Assembly: GCA_963674825.1 (NCBI GenBank)
Contig: OY771587.1
Span: forward strand, 768,001 to 832,000
Length of the DNA stretch: 64,000 nt
Direction: 5' to 3'
Origin: Candidatus Cloacimonadales bacterium
GTDB lineage: Bacteria > Cloacimonadota > Cloacimonadia > Cloacimonadales > JAIOQZ01
Part shown: in pieces, positions 32,014 through 42,540 of the stretch
Layout: the number at the start of each line of letters is the position of its first letter
Numbering within the stretch: the first letter of the stretch is position 1
Notes under the pieces: model-generated
What the model was told of the DNA's origin: nothing
The model's input: only the letters and a program-made list of their open reading frames with translations
Database searches by the model: none
Program-made: the position numbers and the translations under genes

Positions 32014-34467
32014 TTACTTTACCATCATCATCTTTTTGACAAAGGATCGGCTACCTGTCTGCATACGGAGGTAGTAGATACCGGTCGATGCAGATTTACC
32101 GTAATCGTCGCGTCCATTCCAGGTAACGGTGTGATTCCCCGAATCGAAACGCTGGCTGACCAGCGAACGAACCTTCTGACCGCGCACATTGAATATATCA
32201 AGTTTCACTACAGAAGGATTCTGAAGCGAGAATCGGATGTTCGTCTCAGGGTTGAACGGGTTTGGGTAGATCGAAGAAATACCTGTCAGAACCGGTGCTT
32301 CAGGCATTTCGCCGGTCGCAACACCTTCAAATACGAAATCGACCGTCGCCAGCTCGGATTGTCCCGTCTCGAATACTGCCAGAACACCAGCAGTATAGCT
32401 CTCATCAATAGTAAGCGAATCGGGATTGAATGTATAGGTGGTATCTGTCGTCGATGCCACATATTCACCATCCAGATACACTTCGTACTCCTGTAGATAT
32501 CGATAATACGGCGATTGCCAGGTAAAGACCGCTTCCGTCGTACATGCGGGATTCAATGGGGGCGTTATCGTTTCCGTCATATCGACATTTATCTGGAAGT
32601 TTGAAAGTATCTCGACATTATTGAGCGTCCAGGTATCGAGGTCGGTGCGCATCGCAACGAGATCGTAGTATCCAGGATAGACGTCCGTCGCAATGGCGAT
32701 TCCATCAGCACCGGTCTCTACTTCAAATGTATAAAGGCTGTCAGCGGTAGCGCCGTACACGGTAACACCTTCGTTTGTGCTCGTACCTGTCGCAAATGTT
32801 AGCGATATTTCCAGTTGTTCCATGATGGTCAAATCCATCTCGAGCATCTGGTTGCTTGCCAGCTCGATTTCTTCAACTGAGCCATCGAAATATCCTTCGC
32901 CAGTGAAGCTGAGCCCATAGGTTCCTGCATCCAGACCGTAGAATTGGTAGAATCCTTCACTGTTTGTCGTGAATGTATGGCCACCAGGGGTTAGAACAAC
33001 CTCCACCCCATTCACCGGCTGGCCATTCTGATCGGATACGATGCCCATGATACCTGTTGCCGAACCGGCAGTGAAGTAGAACGTCGTATTGGGGAAGAAA
33101 TCGACCACCGTACCGTCTTCAGGATCGTTCGGATCTGTTTCCACAGTATCGTGTTGCCAGCGGATTGTACGGCTAGGGTATTGGTCAGCATCTTCAGAAA
33201 TGTAAAATTTATCGGTATCGCTATAGTAATCATCTTCAAATGGGCGCATCACCAGCATGACAAGATTACCGCCATTGTAAAAATAGGCTTCGTCCAACGG
33301 AATCTGTACCGCGTTTTCTCCGGGCGGGAAGTTGATAACTCCATCAAACACCTGCGTCAATTCGCCGGCAGGAATCCATCCGGCTGATAGGTCTGAAAGA
33401 GTCGTTTCACCCATCCAGATAACGACCGGCTTGCTGGGCATCGAGCTCGTAAAGTTGTTGTAGTATTCGATCGTATTGATTGCGCCTGTTACCTGAAGCT
33501 CTTCAGGATAGTACATGGTTTCGGTGAGACTTGTCTTGTAGAAGAAATTCAGCGGCACGCGGTAGCTGGAATTGGTTCCGTCGCCAACGCTGATGACAAT
33601 TGTCCCATACGGATGCACGGTAACCGGAAAGAGCGCCGAGAGATTGTTGTCGGGATTCTCGTCATTCGCGAGAACCACCTCAGCACGAAGGTTGTAGTCA
33701 CCGGTTTCTTCCGGTGTCCATTCCAGCACGTAAGCTTGTTCTTCATTCAATTCCAGCGCAACACCGTCAACCTCGTCGATCACGGTTCCGTCTTCCAAAA
33801 GAAGCTTTACTGTATAATCGTCCTGGGCTAAAGCCCCCACATTACGCACCGTCACGCTGTATTCATAAGGATCGCCCACTGATGGGTTCTCCGTTCCATC
33901 GACTGATACGGCCATAAGATCGTTGTCATATTCCGGACCAAGCGTTTCCACCGTAATATCGTCCAGACAGACACCCCATCCATATTTTGCAACACCTTCA
34001 AACGCGATACGGCTATTTGCAGAACCATCGGGCAGTGAGATTTCTTCCTGAGTCCAGTCGGGTATATCACCTGTCCAGCTGGCTAACAACGTCCATGCGC
34101 TGCCACTGTTCTCCTGGAAATAGACGTAAAGCTCATCCTGGTCGGATGACCATAGCCCCTGCGTATGCCAGAATCTCAGAATCGAGCCGGTACCAGAGAT
34201 ATTGAAAGTCGGCGTGATGAGACGTGTAGTTTCAGCATTAGCGCTATCCAGGTAGAGAAGCGCGTTGTACGTGCCGGTATGCGCTTCGGGAGGATTGTCG
34301 CTATGTCCACCGGTATCGTACACCCAATCGAGATCACCGGACACATATTCCTGCGACCACCCATCGGGTAACGCTCCGCCCTCGAAGCCCTCTTCCACTA
34401 CGTACGATTGACTATAAAGCGCTACAGTCATTAACAAAGCCAGTATGATGGTTCCAATTCTCATCAT
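32014..34467 (-). CDS. Secreted multidomain adhesin-like protein (MAM/cleaved-adhesin-like, CARDB, carboxypeptidase-regulatory-like, FN3-like, C-terminal sorting domain)
   Basis: Start MMRIG with AGGAGG RBS; EGFEGG.LP.GW...LDDI; V.VRNVG...DENPDNN; ends IYPNPFNPET...KKMMMVK. Confidence 0.8.
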   Translation of the reverse strand: MMRIGTIILALLMTVALYSQSYVVEEGFEGGALPDGWSQEYVSGDLDWVYDTGGHSDNPPEAHTGTYNALLYLDSANAETTRLITPTFNISGTGSILRFWHTQGLWSSDQDELYVYFQENSGSAWTLLASWTGDIPDWTQEEISLPDGSANSRIAFEGVAKYGWGVCLDDITVETLGPEYDNDLMAVSVDGTENPSVGDPYEYSVTVRNVGALAQDDYTVKLLLEDGTVIDEVDGVALELNEEQAYVLEWTPEETGDYNLRAEVVLANDENPDNNLSALFPVTVHPYGTIVISVGDGTNSSYRVPLNFFYKTSLTETMYYPEELQVTGAINTIEYYNNFTSSMPSKPVVIWMGETTLSDLSAGWIPAGELTQVFDGVINFPPGENAVQIPLDEAYFYNGGNLVMLVMRPFEDDYYSDTDKFYISEDADQYPSRTIRWQHDTVETDPNDPEDGTVVDFFPNTTFYFTAGSATGIMGIVSDQNGQPVNGVEVVLTPGGHTFTTNSEGFYQFYGLDAGTYGLSFTGEGYFDGSVEEIELASNQMLEMDLTIMEQLEISLTFATGTSTNEGVTVYGATADSLYTFEVETGADGIAIATDVYPGYYDLVAMRTDLDTWTLNNVEILSNFQINVDMTETITPPLNPACTTEAVFTWQSPYYRYLQEYEVYLDGEYVASTTDTTYTFNPDSLTIDESYTAGVLAVFETGQSELATVDFVFEGVATGEMPEAPVLTGISSIYPNPFNPETNIRFSLQNPSVVKLDIFNVRGQKVRSLVSQRFDSGNHTVTWNGRDDYGKSASTGIYYLRMQTGSRSFVKKMMMVK

Positions 34468-34509
34468 GCTCCCTCCTTTTCCTGGGATCCTATATTTATT
34501 CATAATTTG

Positions 34510-34525
34510 TGCAATTTTCATTCCG
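34510..34525 (-). promoter_or_regulatory. Possible sigma54 promoter
   Basis: Minus strand CGGAATGAAAATTGCA = GG-N10-GC, about 43 nt upstream of the ATG; weaker -24 box. Confidence 0.4.
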
Positions 34526-34641
34526 CTATTCAGCCAATCCAACCTGACACAGGTCGCGAAAGCAGGCAAGGATTTTCGGTCGGAAGGAAAAAAAGTTTAC
34601 ATGCGCAAGATTGGCAGAATGATTGACCTCAAGGAGTATTT

Positions 34642-35118
34642 ATGCAGCGTACAGACATCAATAACGCACTGCCTCTGATCAAGCACCCGGCAAAAATCGC
34701 TCTGGCAGTATGCAAGAAACCGGATGGAAAGTTCAATGCGATTACCCTCGAGTGGTTCATGCGAACATCCATCAATCCGCTCATTTTCGCCATCTCGATC
34801 GGGCATACTCGCTACAGCTACGAATGCCTGCAAAACACGGGGCATTTCAACCTGGTAATCCCATCGCGCAAGATGCGGGACTTCACCGTACTCTGCGGAT
34901 CCAAGTCAGGCAGGGACATCGACAAATTCGAGCATTGCGAGCACAGCACATTCGCCGGAAGGCTGGCAAAGCTGCCGATCGTACGGGACGCGCTATGCAA
35001 TCTCGAGTGCGAGATCGTAACGCAGGTTCGCACCGGTGACCACACAATCTTCGCGGGTGAAGTGAAGTACGCCTGGATCGACTCCGAACAAGAAATCCTA
35101 CTGGTGGAACACTTATGA
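34642..35118 (+). CDS. Flavin reductase family protein
   Basis: CGSKSGRDIDKF, NLECE, TGDHTIFAGEV. Confidence 0.88.
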   Translation: MQRTDINNALPLIKHPAKIALAVCKKPDGKFNAITLEWFMRTSINPLIFAISIGHTRYSYECLQNTGHFNLVIPSRKMRDFTVLCGSKSGRDIDKFEHCEHSTFAGRLAKLPIVRDALCNLECEIVTQVRTGDHTIFAGEVKYAWIDSEQEILLVEHL

Positions 35119-35531
35119 CAACGCAACTCATTTACACCATAGACGAGAAGATTTTCAATCAGGTCGCACATATATGGCTGGTGACCGGCGTTGGAAAACC
35201 CGAACGCGGCGATACGCTCGAGCTCGTGGAGCGAACGCTCAAGCACGGCGGAAGATTTCTCACTATGCTTGAAGATGGTGAGGCCGTCGGGACAGCCTGG
35301 ATCACAAACGACAGCAGACGCCTATACTTGCATCACATGGCAGTTCTGCCTGAAAAACAAGGCCAGGGCTATGGGCAGCTTCTTCTGGAAGAAGCAATCG
35401 GTATCGCTGACGCGATGGGTATGCAGATGAAGCTTGAGGTTCATTGCGACAACGCCCCGGCACGGCACATCTATCGCAAGGCGGGATTTGTGGATGATCT
35501 CGAAGCTTACCGTGTGATGATCAGGAGATAA
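35115..35531 (+). CDS. GNAT family N-acetyltransferase
   Basis: LHHMAVLPEKQGQGYG motif A; N.PA..IY.KAGF. Confidence 0.9.
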   Translation: MTTQLIYTIDEKIFNQVAHIWLVTGVGKPERGDTLELVERTLKHGGRFLTMLEDGEAVGTAWITNDSRRLYLHHMAVLPEKQGQGYGQLLLEEAIGIADAMGMQMKLEVHCDNAPARHIYRKAGFVDDLEAYRVMIRR

Positions 35532-35533
35532 AT

Positions 35534-36511
35534 TTGGAGAATATCCGCAAGATTCTCATCATCCAATATGAGCCATTCGGTGACGTGCTGCTGAACACCG
35601 GCTATCTTCCCTTCTTGCGAAAGAAATTCCCAAAAGCCAGAATCGTCTTCCTCGTCCGGCATCCGTTCAACATCGCGCTGGAAGGGAATCCCGACATCGA
35701 CGAACTGAAAGTGTTCAAGAAGGGTCGCGGAATCGGCTATTTATTCTCCAGGTTTGGGCTGTTCGCATGGATTTGCGGCCAACGATTCGACATGGTGATC
35801 GACCAGATGCGCGGAACCGGCAGTGCACAGATGACGTTTTTCAGCTTCGCCCGGTACCGGGTTGGCTGGCAGAATAGCCGTCTGACCTTTGTTTACAATA
35901 TCACCGCCCCGGAAGGAAAGCCGCGCTATTCTGCAGCGCTTAAGTTCGATCTTCTGAAACCACTCGGTATTGATGAGCAACCCTTCAAGCTGTTCTACCA
36001 CATCAAAGAAAAATCGTTTGAGTATATCGACAGCTGGTTGAGCGAAAACAAGATCTCCGAATTTATCTGCATCGCACCCGGCAGCCCGGTCCCGAAGAAG
36101 AAGTGGAATCCCAAATGTTTCGCTGAGGTTGCAGATTTTATTGTGGAACAACAAGGCACACCGGTCGTTCTACTTGGTAGTCCGTCCGAACAGGGCGACC
36201 TGAAAAACGTGGCATCGAAAATGAAGCATCGACCTTACTATGCTCCGCCAACGGATTTCAACCAGGCGGCCGCTATGCTGAAACGCGCAAAACTGCTAGT
36301 CTGCAACGACGGTGGCATGAACCACCTGTGCGTCACGACCGGAACACCGGCTCTTTCCATCTTCGGCAGAACGAAACCGGTCAACTGGTGCCCTTCGATG
36401 ATGGGAAATTATCGCTGCATGCATGTGCCGAATCATCCGCAGGACGATGAGAAGCTTTTCGGCGTCACGTCGCATATGGTTATTGAAAATATACGTGAAA
36501 TGCTTGAGTAA
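35534..36511 (+). CDS. Glycosyltransferase family 9 (LPS heptosyltransferase-like)
   Basis: KILII....FGDVLL, APGS..PKKKW, LVCNDGG.NHL, IFG.T.P.NW.P. Confidence 0.88.
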   Translation: MENIRKILIIQYEPFGDVLLNTGYLPFLRKKFPKARIVFLVRHPFNIALEGNPDIDELKVFKKGRGIGYLFSRFGLFAWICGQRFDMVIDQMRGTGSAQMTFFSFARYRVGWQNSRLTFVYNITAPEGKPRYSAALKFDLLKPLGIDEQPFKLFYHIKEKSFEYIDSWLSENKISEFICIAPGSPVPKKKWNPKCFAEVADFIVEQQGTPVVLLGSPSEQGDLKNVASKMKHRPYYAPPTDFNQAAAMLKRAKLLVCNDGGMNHLCVTTGTPALSIFGRTKPVNWCPSMMGNYRCMHVPNHPQDDEKLFGVTSHMVIENIREMLE

Positions 36512-36555
36512 TACACTGTGGACAATAGAATAGACTAAAATCTAGGAGATGCCCG

Positions 36556-37035
36556 ATGAAACGAATTATGATGATTTCTATTTTATTCAGCCTCAGCATT
36601 GTGATGTTGAGCGCAAAAACGATCCCGATCTATAACTTCGATGATCTGATGGATGCATTGAAGCAAGGCGAGCAAGTTCGAGTTGTTATCCACTATGGTG
36701 ATTGCCAATTGATCAGTGATAACGAAGTCAAGACATACGCACCCAATGCCATAGGCGGCATGGAAATAGCTACATGGGAATATTTCGCACCCATGATGAT
36801 GGGCAACCCGAACGGGTTTATCGTTTGTTCCGAAGCCAAGCTGATCGAAAATCCAATAAATGATGGTTATGCATACAATTACGTGAAACTTCGGATTTCG
36901 GACGACAACAAAGTCAAGCTGTCAGCTCGTTATCTTGGAACTACGGAGTTGGACGAGCAAATGGATGAAGCATTCCATAGCAAGATCAACGACGGTAAAA
37001 ACGACGGAGCAGTATATCTGTTTCGGGCTGATTAG
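36556..37035 (+). CDS. Secreted hypothetical protein (possibly VirK-like)
   Basis: Signal peptide and GGAG RBS. The ALKQGEQVRVVIHYGDC segment resembles VirK N-termini, but this family assignment is tentative. Confidence 0.6.
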   Translation: MKRIMMISILFSLSIVMLSAKTIPIYNFDDLMDALKQGEQVRVVIHYGDCQLISDNEVKTYAPNAIGGMEIATWEYFAPMMMGNPNGFIVCSEAKLIENPINDGYAYNYVKLRISDDNKVKLSARYLGTTELDEQMDEAFHSKINDGKNDGAVYLFRAD

Positions 37036-37046
37036 GCTGGTTTACT

Positions 37047-37190
37047 ATGAAAAAGTGGTTTATCGTAGGTGTCGTGTCGACCATCGTCGCGATGATCGGT
37101 CAGGGAATCGCCGGGTTTGCCGGCAGTCTGATCGGTGGCATCATCGGACTGGTCCTCGGCTATATATTTTACTACAAGTTCCTTTCGTAG
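37047..37190 (+). CDS. Small (47 aa) glycine-zipper membrane peptide
   Basis: Manual translation: MKKWFIVGVVSTIVAMIGQGIAGFAGSLIGGIIGLVLGYIFYYKFLS. Below the ORF-track cutoff; fills the gap after the 36556 gene. Confidence 0.6.
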   Translation: MKKWFIVGVVSTIVAMIGQGIAGFAGSLIGGIIGLVLGYIFYYKFLS

Positions 37191-37627
37191 ATCCTGGTTG
37201 GTGAGCCGTCCAGTTCGTAACCGTCCTCGATTCTCACCCACTCATAGCGTTCGTAATATCCATCCAGATCGGTGGTGAGATACATTTTCTCAAAGCCTAT
37301 CTTTTTCGCGTCCTGCGCACCGCGATCCATCATCATGCTGCCCAGTTTCTGCCCTCGGTGTTCCTTCTCCACAAACACGCAGGCAAACCACGGGTACAGG
37401 TCGTGCCGGCTGATGAAGTCGTTGACGATCAGTGCGCTACAACCGCAGATCTCGTTGTCCTTCATGATGAGGTAAAACACCGGCAGATGCGTGGCATCGA
37501 CCGAGGAATTCTTCACGGCGTCCAGATAGAACGGAAAATTGGTGGGTCTTCCCCACTTGCCGTGGATGTAACGCGCGGCAGCCTCGATGCCTTCGCAGTA
37601 TTCATAGGCGTTGATGATTCGGTACAT
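37172..37627 (-). CDS. GNAT family N-acetyltransferase
   Basis: PWFACVFVEKEHRGQKLG, MYLTT...GYYERY.W; ATG 37627 with AGGAGG RBS. Confidence 0.88.
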   Translation of the reverse strand: MYRIINAYEYCEGIEAAARYIHGKWGRPTNFPFYLDAVKNSSVDATHLPVFYLIMKDNEICGCSALIVNDFISRHDLYPWFACVFVEKEHRGQKLGSMMMDRGAQDAKKIGFEKMYLTTDLDGYYERYEWVRIEDGYELDGSPTRIYERNL

Positions 37628-37780
37628 TGTGCCTCCTATAATGTGTACGACTGACAATATCGGAAATCAACTGTCAAGTCTGTTTCAACTCTCTCCTCTT
37701 GATCTTCATCGAAAACCATTGACACCATGAAGACTCGTTTCATATTGTAATGCAATTATAAATCAAGAAAGGGGTCGTAC

Positions 37781-38908
37781 ATGGAACCGAAAGGCATCAT
37801 CGAATATTTTATCGATCTGATCCGGATCGACAGTGAATCGAAGAACGAAAAGGAAGTAGCGACACGCATCGCGGACGACCTGATCGACATGGGCGCGGAA
37901 GTGCATTTTGACAGCGCGCACGAGAAAACCGGCGGAAATGTTGGCAATCTCTACGCACGATTCAAAGGTGATATAGACAAAGCGCCGATTCTCTTCTGCG
38001 CGCATATGGATACAGTTAAACCAGGCAACGGCATCACGCCAGTTATCGAAGCTGGAACAATCCATACAGATGGCACCACGATCCTGGGATCTGACGACAA
38101 ATCGGGTATTGCACAGATTGTCTGTGCCATCCAGGAACTGCAACAAGCCGGCGAGAAACTCCCACCCATCGAAATCTTTTTCACTATCTCGGAAGAGATC
38201 GGTCTCCTCGGTGCCAAGCACGCCAACTACAGATGGTTCCAGTCAAAGATGGGCTACGCACTCGATTCTCACACTGTTGGCGAATTCATGGTTGCAGCAC
38301 CGTCGCAGAACTCCATCCGCTACGTCATTTACGGTAAGGAAGCGCATGCAGGCGCTGAGCCGGAACAGGGCGTCAACGCGATCAAGATCGCGGCGAATGC
38401 CATCGCCAAGATGAAACTGGGCAGGATTGACGAAGAAACCACCTGCAATATCGGTATCATCGAAGGCGGACTGGCCACCAACATCGTCCCCAACCGTGTC
38501 GTCGTCAAAGGTGAAGCTCGCAGCCACGACCCGAAGAAGCTCGAAGCGATCACCCAGCAGATGACGGATGCCCTGAAAGAAGCCCTTGAAGAAGCAAAAA
38601 CCGATTTCTTCACGCCTTCGGCAGATGTCCACGTACACAATGAATACCAGTCGTTCTGCGTTGCCGACGACGCCGAAGTGACTCTTCTGGCCGTCGAAGC
38701 ATCGAAGAATGCCGGACTCTCGCCACGCACCTATCGTGGAGGTGGCGGAAGCGATGCTAACATTATCGGTAAGCACGGAATCGAAATGATTGTCGGTGGA
38801 ACCGGTATGGACAAGGTGCATACTGTGAACGAGTGTATCAAGGTCAGCGATCTCGAAAACGGCTGCAAATGGGTCAAGGAAGTGATCCGCCTCTACGCAG
38901 CGAAGTGA
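37781..38908 (+). CDS. M20 family peptidase (peptidase T-like)
   Basis: AHMDTV, ILGSDDKSG, SEEIGL.GA, AHAG..PE.G.NAI, GGGSDAN, HT..E. Confidence 0.9.
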   Translation: MEPKGIIEYFIDLIRIDSESKNEKEVATRIADDLIDMGAEVHFDSAHEKTGGNVGNLYARFKGDIDKAPILFCAHMDTVKPGNGITPVIEAGTIHTDGTTILGSDDKSGIAQIVCAIQELQQAGEKLPPIEIFFTISEEIGLLGAKHANYRWFQSKMGYALDSHTVGEFMVAAPSQNSIRYVIYGKEAHAGAEPEQGVNAIKIAANAIAKMKLGRIDEETTCNIGIIEGGLATNIVPNRVVVKGEARSHDPKKLEAITQQMTDALKEALEEAKTDFFTPSADVHVHNEYQSFCVADDAEVTLLAVEASKNAGLSPRTYRGGGGSDANIIGKHGIEMIVGGTGMDKVHTVNECIKVSDLENGCKWVKEVIRLYAAK

Positions 38909-38915
38909 GGCTGAC

Positions 38916-39650
38916 GTGCTTAAAATTGCACTGATCGGCTACGGCCAGATGGGAAAGATTCTGGAACGTCTCGCCCCAAAAAACGGCTGCGAGGTGGTCG
39001 CGATCATCGATCCGCATCATCCCGATTATCCCTCCGAGATCACACCTGAGACACTCAAAGACGCATCCGTATGCATCGAATTCACGCAACCAGGCGCAGT
39101 ACTGGACAACATCAAAGCCATCGCTGCCTGCGGACGCAACATGGTTATTGGCACAACAGGTTGGAAGCTTGATGAGGCCAAACTGGATCAAAACCAGATC
39201 GGCATGGTACACGGATCGAATTTCTCTGTTGGCATGAACGCCATGTATATGATCGTAGAAGCTGCAGCGAAAATCATGAACGCACTTCCTGAGTACGATC
39301 CCTATGGCTACGAGCTGCATCATAGACTCAAGAAAGACAGCCCTTCGGGTACCGCCAAGACGCTCGCGCAAATTCTTCTAAACCGAATCGACCGAAAGAA
39401 TCGCTGCGAATTCGATAAGCTCGATCGCGAGATCGAAGTCGATGAGCTGCATTTCAGCAGCACACGTGCCGGCAGTATTCCCGGCGAGCATGTTATCGGA
39501 TTTGATTCACCTGCTGATTCCGTTCGGATCGTCCACACGGCACGCAATCGTGAAGGCTTTGCGATGGGTGCGCTCAGGGCCGCGAAATGGATCGACGGTG
39601 TCACGGGAATCTACGATTTCCGCGAGATTTTTCGGGAGCTTGTGATATGA
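38916..39650 (+). CDS. dapB: 4-hydroxy-tetrahydrodipicolinate reductase
   Basis: IGYGQMG, VIGTTGW, NFSVG, ELHHRLKKDSPSGTA, H.A.NREGFA.GA. Confidence 0.95.
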   Translation: MLKIALIGYGQMGKILERLAPKNGCEVVAIIDPHHPDYPSEITPETLKDASVCIEFTQPGAVLDNIKAIAACGRNMVIGTTGWKLDEAKLDQNQIGMVHGSNFSVGMNAMYMIVEAAAKIMNALPEYDPYGYELHHRLKKDSPSGTAKTLAQILLNRIDRKNRCEFDKLDREIEVDELHFSSTRAGSIPGEHVIGFDSPADSVRIVHTARNREGFAMGALRAAKWIDGVTGIYDFREIFRELVI

Positions 39651-40441
39651 ACCTTACGTTTTTCAAGATGCAGGCCCAGGGAAACGATTATATCTACTTC
39701 GATTTCACCAGCGAAAAGGCACCAGACATCTCATTCAACGAACTCGCGGCTGCGCTTTCGGATCGTCGCTATGGCATTGGATCCGATGGAATCGTATTGA
39801 TTCTTCCGCCTGACGACACCCGAAACGATGTTCGCATGCGAATCTTCAACGCGGACGGTTCCGAAGCCGAACTATGCGGCACAGCGCTTCGCTGCGTCAC
39901 CGGATGGCTGGGCAAGAGGCTTGATCGGCATGAAGTTCGCATCGAGACACTCGCTGGCATCAAAACCGGCTTGATCGTCTCAACCGAACCGAAGCTGATC
40001 ACCAGCGTTTCAATGGGCAAACCGAGACTTGTCGCCGAACGTACGGTGCAGGGAAGTGTCGGACTCGAAATCGATATGGGCAATCCGCATTTTGTTATCT
40101 ACGATGACGAAGGCCCTATCCGTGAAATCATGCGCATAGGACCTGATATTGAACACGATCCGCATTTTTCGCACGGCGTTAACGTGCATTTGGCCGTGGT
40201 GGAAAACAAGACTTCGCTGCACATGGGAACTTGGGAGCGCGGTAGTGGCCCGACCCTGGCGTGCGGCTCCGGTGCTTGTGCGGCAGTTTACGCCGGCATC
40301 CGCCTCGGAAAGCTCTCTGGAAACACAATAAGCGTGCATCAGCCCGGCGGCGTAGTGCAAGTCTCGTACGACGATGAAACCGGCGATATCACCCTCTCCG
40401 GTGAAGTTAGCTTCGTTTTCACGGGCGCAGTAAGGCTTTAA
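39647..40441 (+). CDS. dapF: Diaminopimelate epimerase
   Basis: FFKMQAQGNDY, GIGSDG, NADGSEAELCG, MGNPH, ERGSG.TLACGSGACA; ATG 39647 overlaps the dapB stop. Confidence 0.95.
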   Translation: MNLTFFKMQAQGNDYIYFDFTSEKAPDISFNELAAALSDRRYGIGSDGIVLILPPDDTRNDVRMRIFNADGSEAELCGTALRCVTGWLGKRLDRHEVRIETLAGIKTGLIVSTEPKLITSVSMGKPRLVAERTVQGSVGLEIDMGNPHFVIYDDEGPIREIMRIGPDIEHDPHFSHGVNVHLAVVENKTSLHMGTWERGSGPTLACGSGACAAVYAGIRLGKLSGNTISVHQPGGVVQVSYDDETGDITLSGEVSFVFTGAVRL

Positions 40442-40463
40442 GCATTATACTATCAATATTGTA

Positions 40464-40488
40464 AGGGGCGGATGTCCTGCACCGCCCC
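40464..40488. terminator. GC-rich hairpin after dapF (terminator or REP-like)
   Basis: GGGGCGG...CCGCCCC stem with only a weak U-tract. Confidence 0.4.
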
Positions 40489-40607
40489 AAATTCTTGTTT
40501 CCATCCAGCAGCTATTTGTACATGAAAAAAAGCTGGACAGCAGGCATAGTCTTTTTCATATACATGCAACGTGTATTATGAACAGAATCGAGCGCTAAGG
40601 ATTCGTT

Positions 40608-41741
40608 ATGAAAATCAAGAAATTCGTTGCCCCTTCGATGCAGGTGGCAATCGATCAGGTCAAGCGAGAATTCGGCGATGACGCCATTATCCTGAACACC
40701 CGTCAGCTCAAGGACAAAGAGAAGGTCGAAGGCAAGCAGATGGTGGAGATAACCGCCGCCATCGACAAGAAAGAAGAGCAGGCGCAATTCCAGGACTCCA
40801 TGAAGAAACAGGTCGCACGGCCTGTAGAACGCCAAAATCTCTCCAATACCCAATTCAATATCCTGCAGAAGGAAATCGACTTCATCAGCGAGCGACTGGA
40901 CACACTAATCTCGCACATTAAGTACGAAAACCTTCCGCATATTCCCAAATTGCTTCAACAGCGCACCAAGTCGCTTATCAAGAACGGCGTCATGCCTTCG
41001 ATCGCGAACAATATGATCGAGGAGATTCTCTTGAATCTCAAAGGCGAGGAGTTGCTGGAAGCAGATCTGGTCGATGAGAAACTGCTTGGAAAAATCAAGA
41101 ACCGTTTTACGGTAACAGGCCCGGTACGCTTTCATGAAGGCGCACCAAGCGTAATGGTCATCACAGGGCCTACCGGAAGCGGCAAAACGACCTCCATCGC
41201 CAAACTCGCAGCGCTCTATAGCTATAAGTACGGCAAGAAAGTTGCGCTCATCTCCGTGGACAGCTACCGCATAGCCGCCATGGAGCAGCTCAAGGCCTTC
41301 GCGGGAATTGCACGGATAAAGTTTATCGAAGCCTACGACCAGAACGACCTGCTGGCCCGGATGAAGAATCTCGGCGATTATGGTTTGATCATCGTAGATA
41401 CCCCGGGTATCAACCCGCGCGACATGAAGAAGATGGTGTGGCTCAAAGAAACGATCCGCATCACTAAGGCTGACGAAGTGCATCTGGTGCTGAATCTTAC
41501 TACCCGGTTCGAAGACCTCCGGGAGATCGTCAAGAGCTTCAGCATCATTAATTTCAACGGAATGCTTTTTACCAGACTGGACGAATCGACGATCTTCGGC
41601 GACATGTACAACCTTGCCATCGAATTCGAAAAACCGATTTCATACCTTTGCCATGGACAGGATATCCCCGAGGATATCGTGCTGGCCGATCGAAAGGATC
41701 TTGCAATGACGATTTTGAGAGGAAAATATGGAGTTCTTTAA
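40608..41741 (+). CDS. flhF: Flagellar biosynthesis SRP-type GTPase FlhF
   Basis: MKIKKFVA.SM..A...VK.EFG.DAIIL; GPTGSGKTTSIAKLAA, DSYRIAA.EQL, DTPG, TRLDE, GQ.IPEDI. Confidence 0.93.
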   Translation: MKIKKFVAPSMQVAIDQVKREFGDDAIILNTRQLKDKEKVEGKQMVEITAAIDKKEEQAQFQDSMKKQVARPVERQNLSNTQFNILQKEIDFISERLDTLISHIKYENLPHIPKLLQQRTKSLIKNGVMPSIANNMIEEILLNLKGEELLEADLVDEKLLGKIKNRFTVTGPVRFHEGAPSVMVITGPTGSGKTTSIAKLAALYSYKYGKKVALISVDSYRIAAMEQLKAFAGIARIKFIEAYDQNDLLARMKNLGDYGLIIVDTPGINPRDMKKMVWLKETIRITKADEVHLVLNLTTRFEDLREIVKSFSIINFNGMLFTRLDESTIFGDMYNLAIEFEKPISYLCHGQDIPEDIVLADRKDLAMTILRGKYGVL

Positions 41742-42540
41742 CGAAGCAAAGAAACTGCAATCACTATCGCAAAGTAAACCGGGACAGCAACATGCACGCA
41801 CGATTTGCATCACAAGCGGCAAAGGTGGCGTCGGAAAAAGCAACTTTATCCTAAACATGGCGATCGCAATGTCGATAAGAAACAAAAAGGTATTGTTGAT
41901 TGATGCCGATATGAACCTGTCCAATCTGGACATTCTGCTCGGAATTTATCCGCAATACTCGATAAAGAATCTGCTGGACGATATCGTCGATGTGGAAGAC
42001 ATACTGGTAGAAGGCCCCAAGGGGGTCAAGATCCTGCCGGCTTCCTCCGGCGATCTCAACGTTGCAAGAAACGCCAAGAAAGTCCAGGAGTCGCTGATCC
42101 AGGCGCTACAGGAGTTACGTCCGAAGTTCGACTACATTCTGATCGATACTGGCGCTGGTATCAGTGAATATACGATGGACTTTGTGTATAGCTCGGACAA
42201 GGTGATTGTTGTCACCACGCCGGAACCGACTTCGATCACGGACGCGTATGCCCTGATCAAGATGCTGTTTTACCACAGCAGAAATCCGGATATCTCGGTG
42301 GTGATCAATATGGCACAGTCCGAAAAAGAAGGGAAAGTGATTTATGACAAGATCAGCCAGATCCTGAGTCACTTTCTCAATAAACAGGTTCGGTTTCTGG
42401 GTAGCATCCTGACGGATAAGAATCTGCCGGATGCCGTGAAGGATCAGACGCCGGTGATTATCAAACACCCGCGTGCCTCATCCTCCGCCGCGATCCACAA
42501 CATCGCGATCCAGATTCTGAAAGAGGACAAGAAGGAATGA
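41728..42540 (+). CDS. flhG: MinD-like ATPase FlhG
   Basis: ITSGKGGVGKSN, DADM.L.NLD, IDTGAGIS, TTPEPTSITDAYALIK; follows flhF. Confidence 0.92.
   Translation: MEFFNEAKKLQSLSQSKPGQQHARTICITSGKGGVGKSNFILNMAIAMSIRNKKVLLIDADMNLSNLDILLGIYPQYSIKNLLDDIVDVEDILVEGPKGVKILPASSGDLNVARNAKKVQESLIQALQELRPKFDYILIDTGAGISEYTMDFVYSSDKVIVVTTPEPTSITDAYALIKMLFYHSRNPDISVVINMAQSEKEGKVIYDKISQILSHFLNKQVRFLGSILTDKNLPDAVKDQTPVIIKHPRASSSAAIHNIAIQILKEDKKE

Noticed and set aside
40541..40558. sigma54 promoter upstream of flhF (CAGGCATAGTCTTTTTCA)
   Set aside because: The -24 half is plausible, but there is no GC at the required GG-N10 position.
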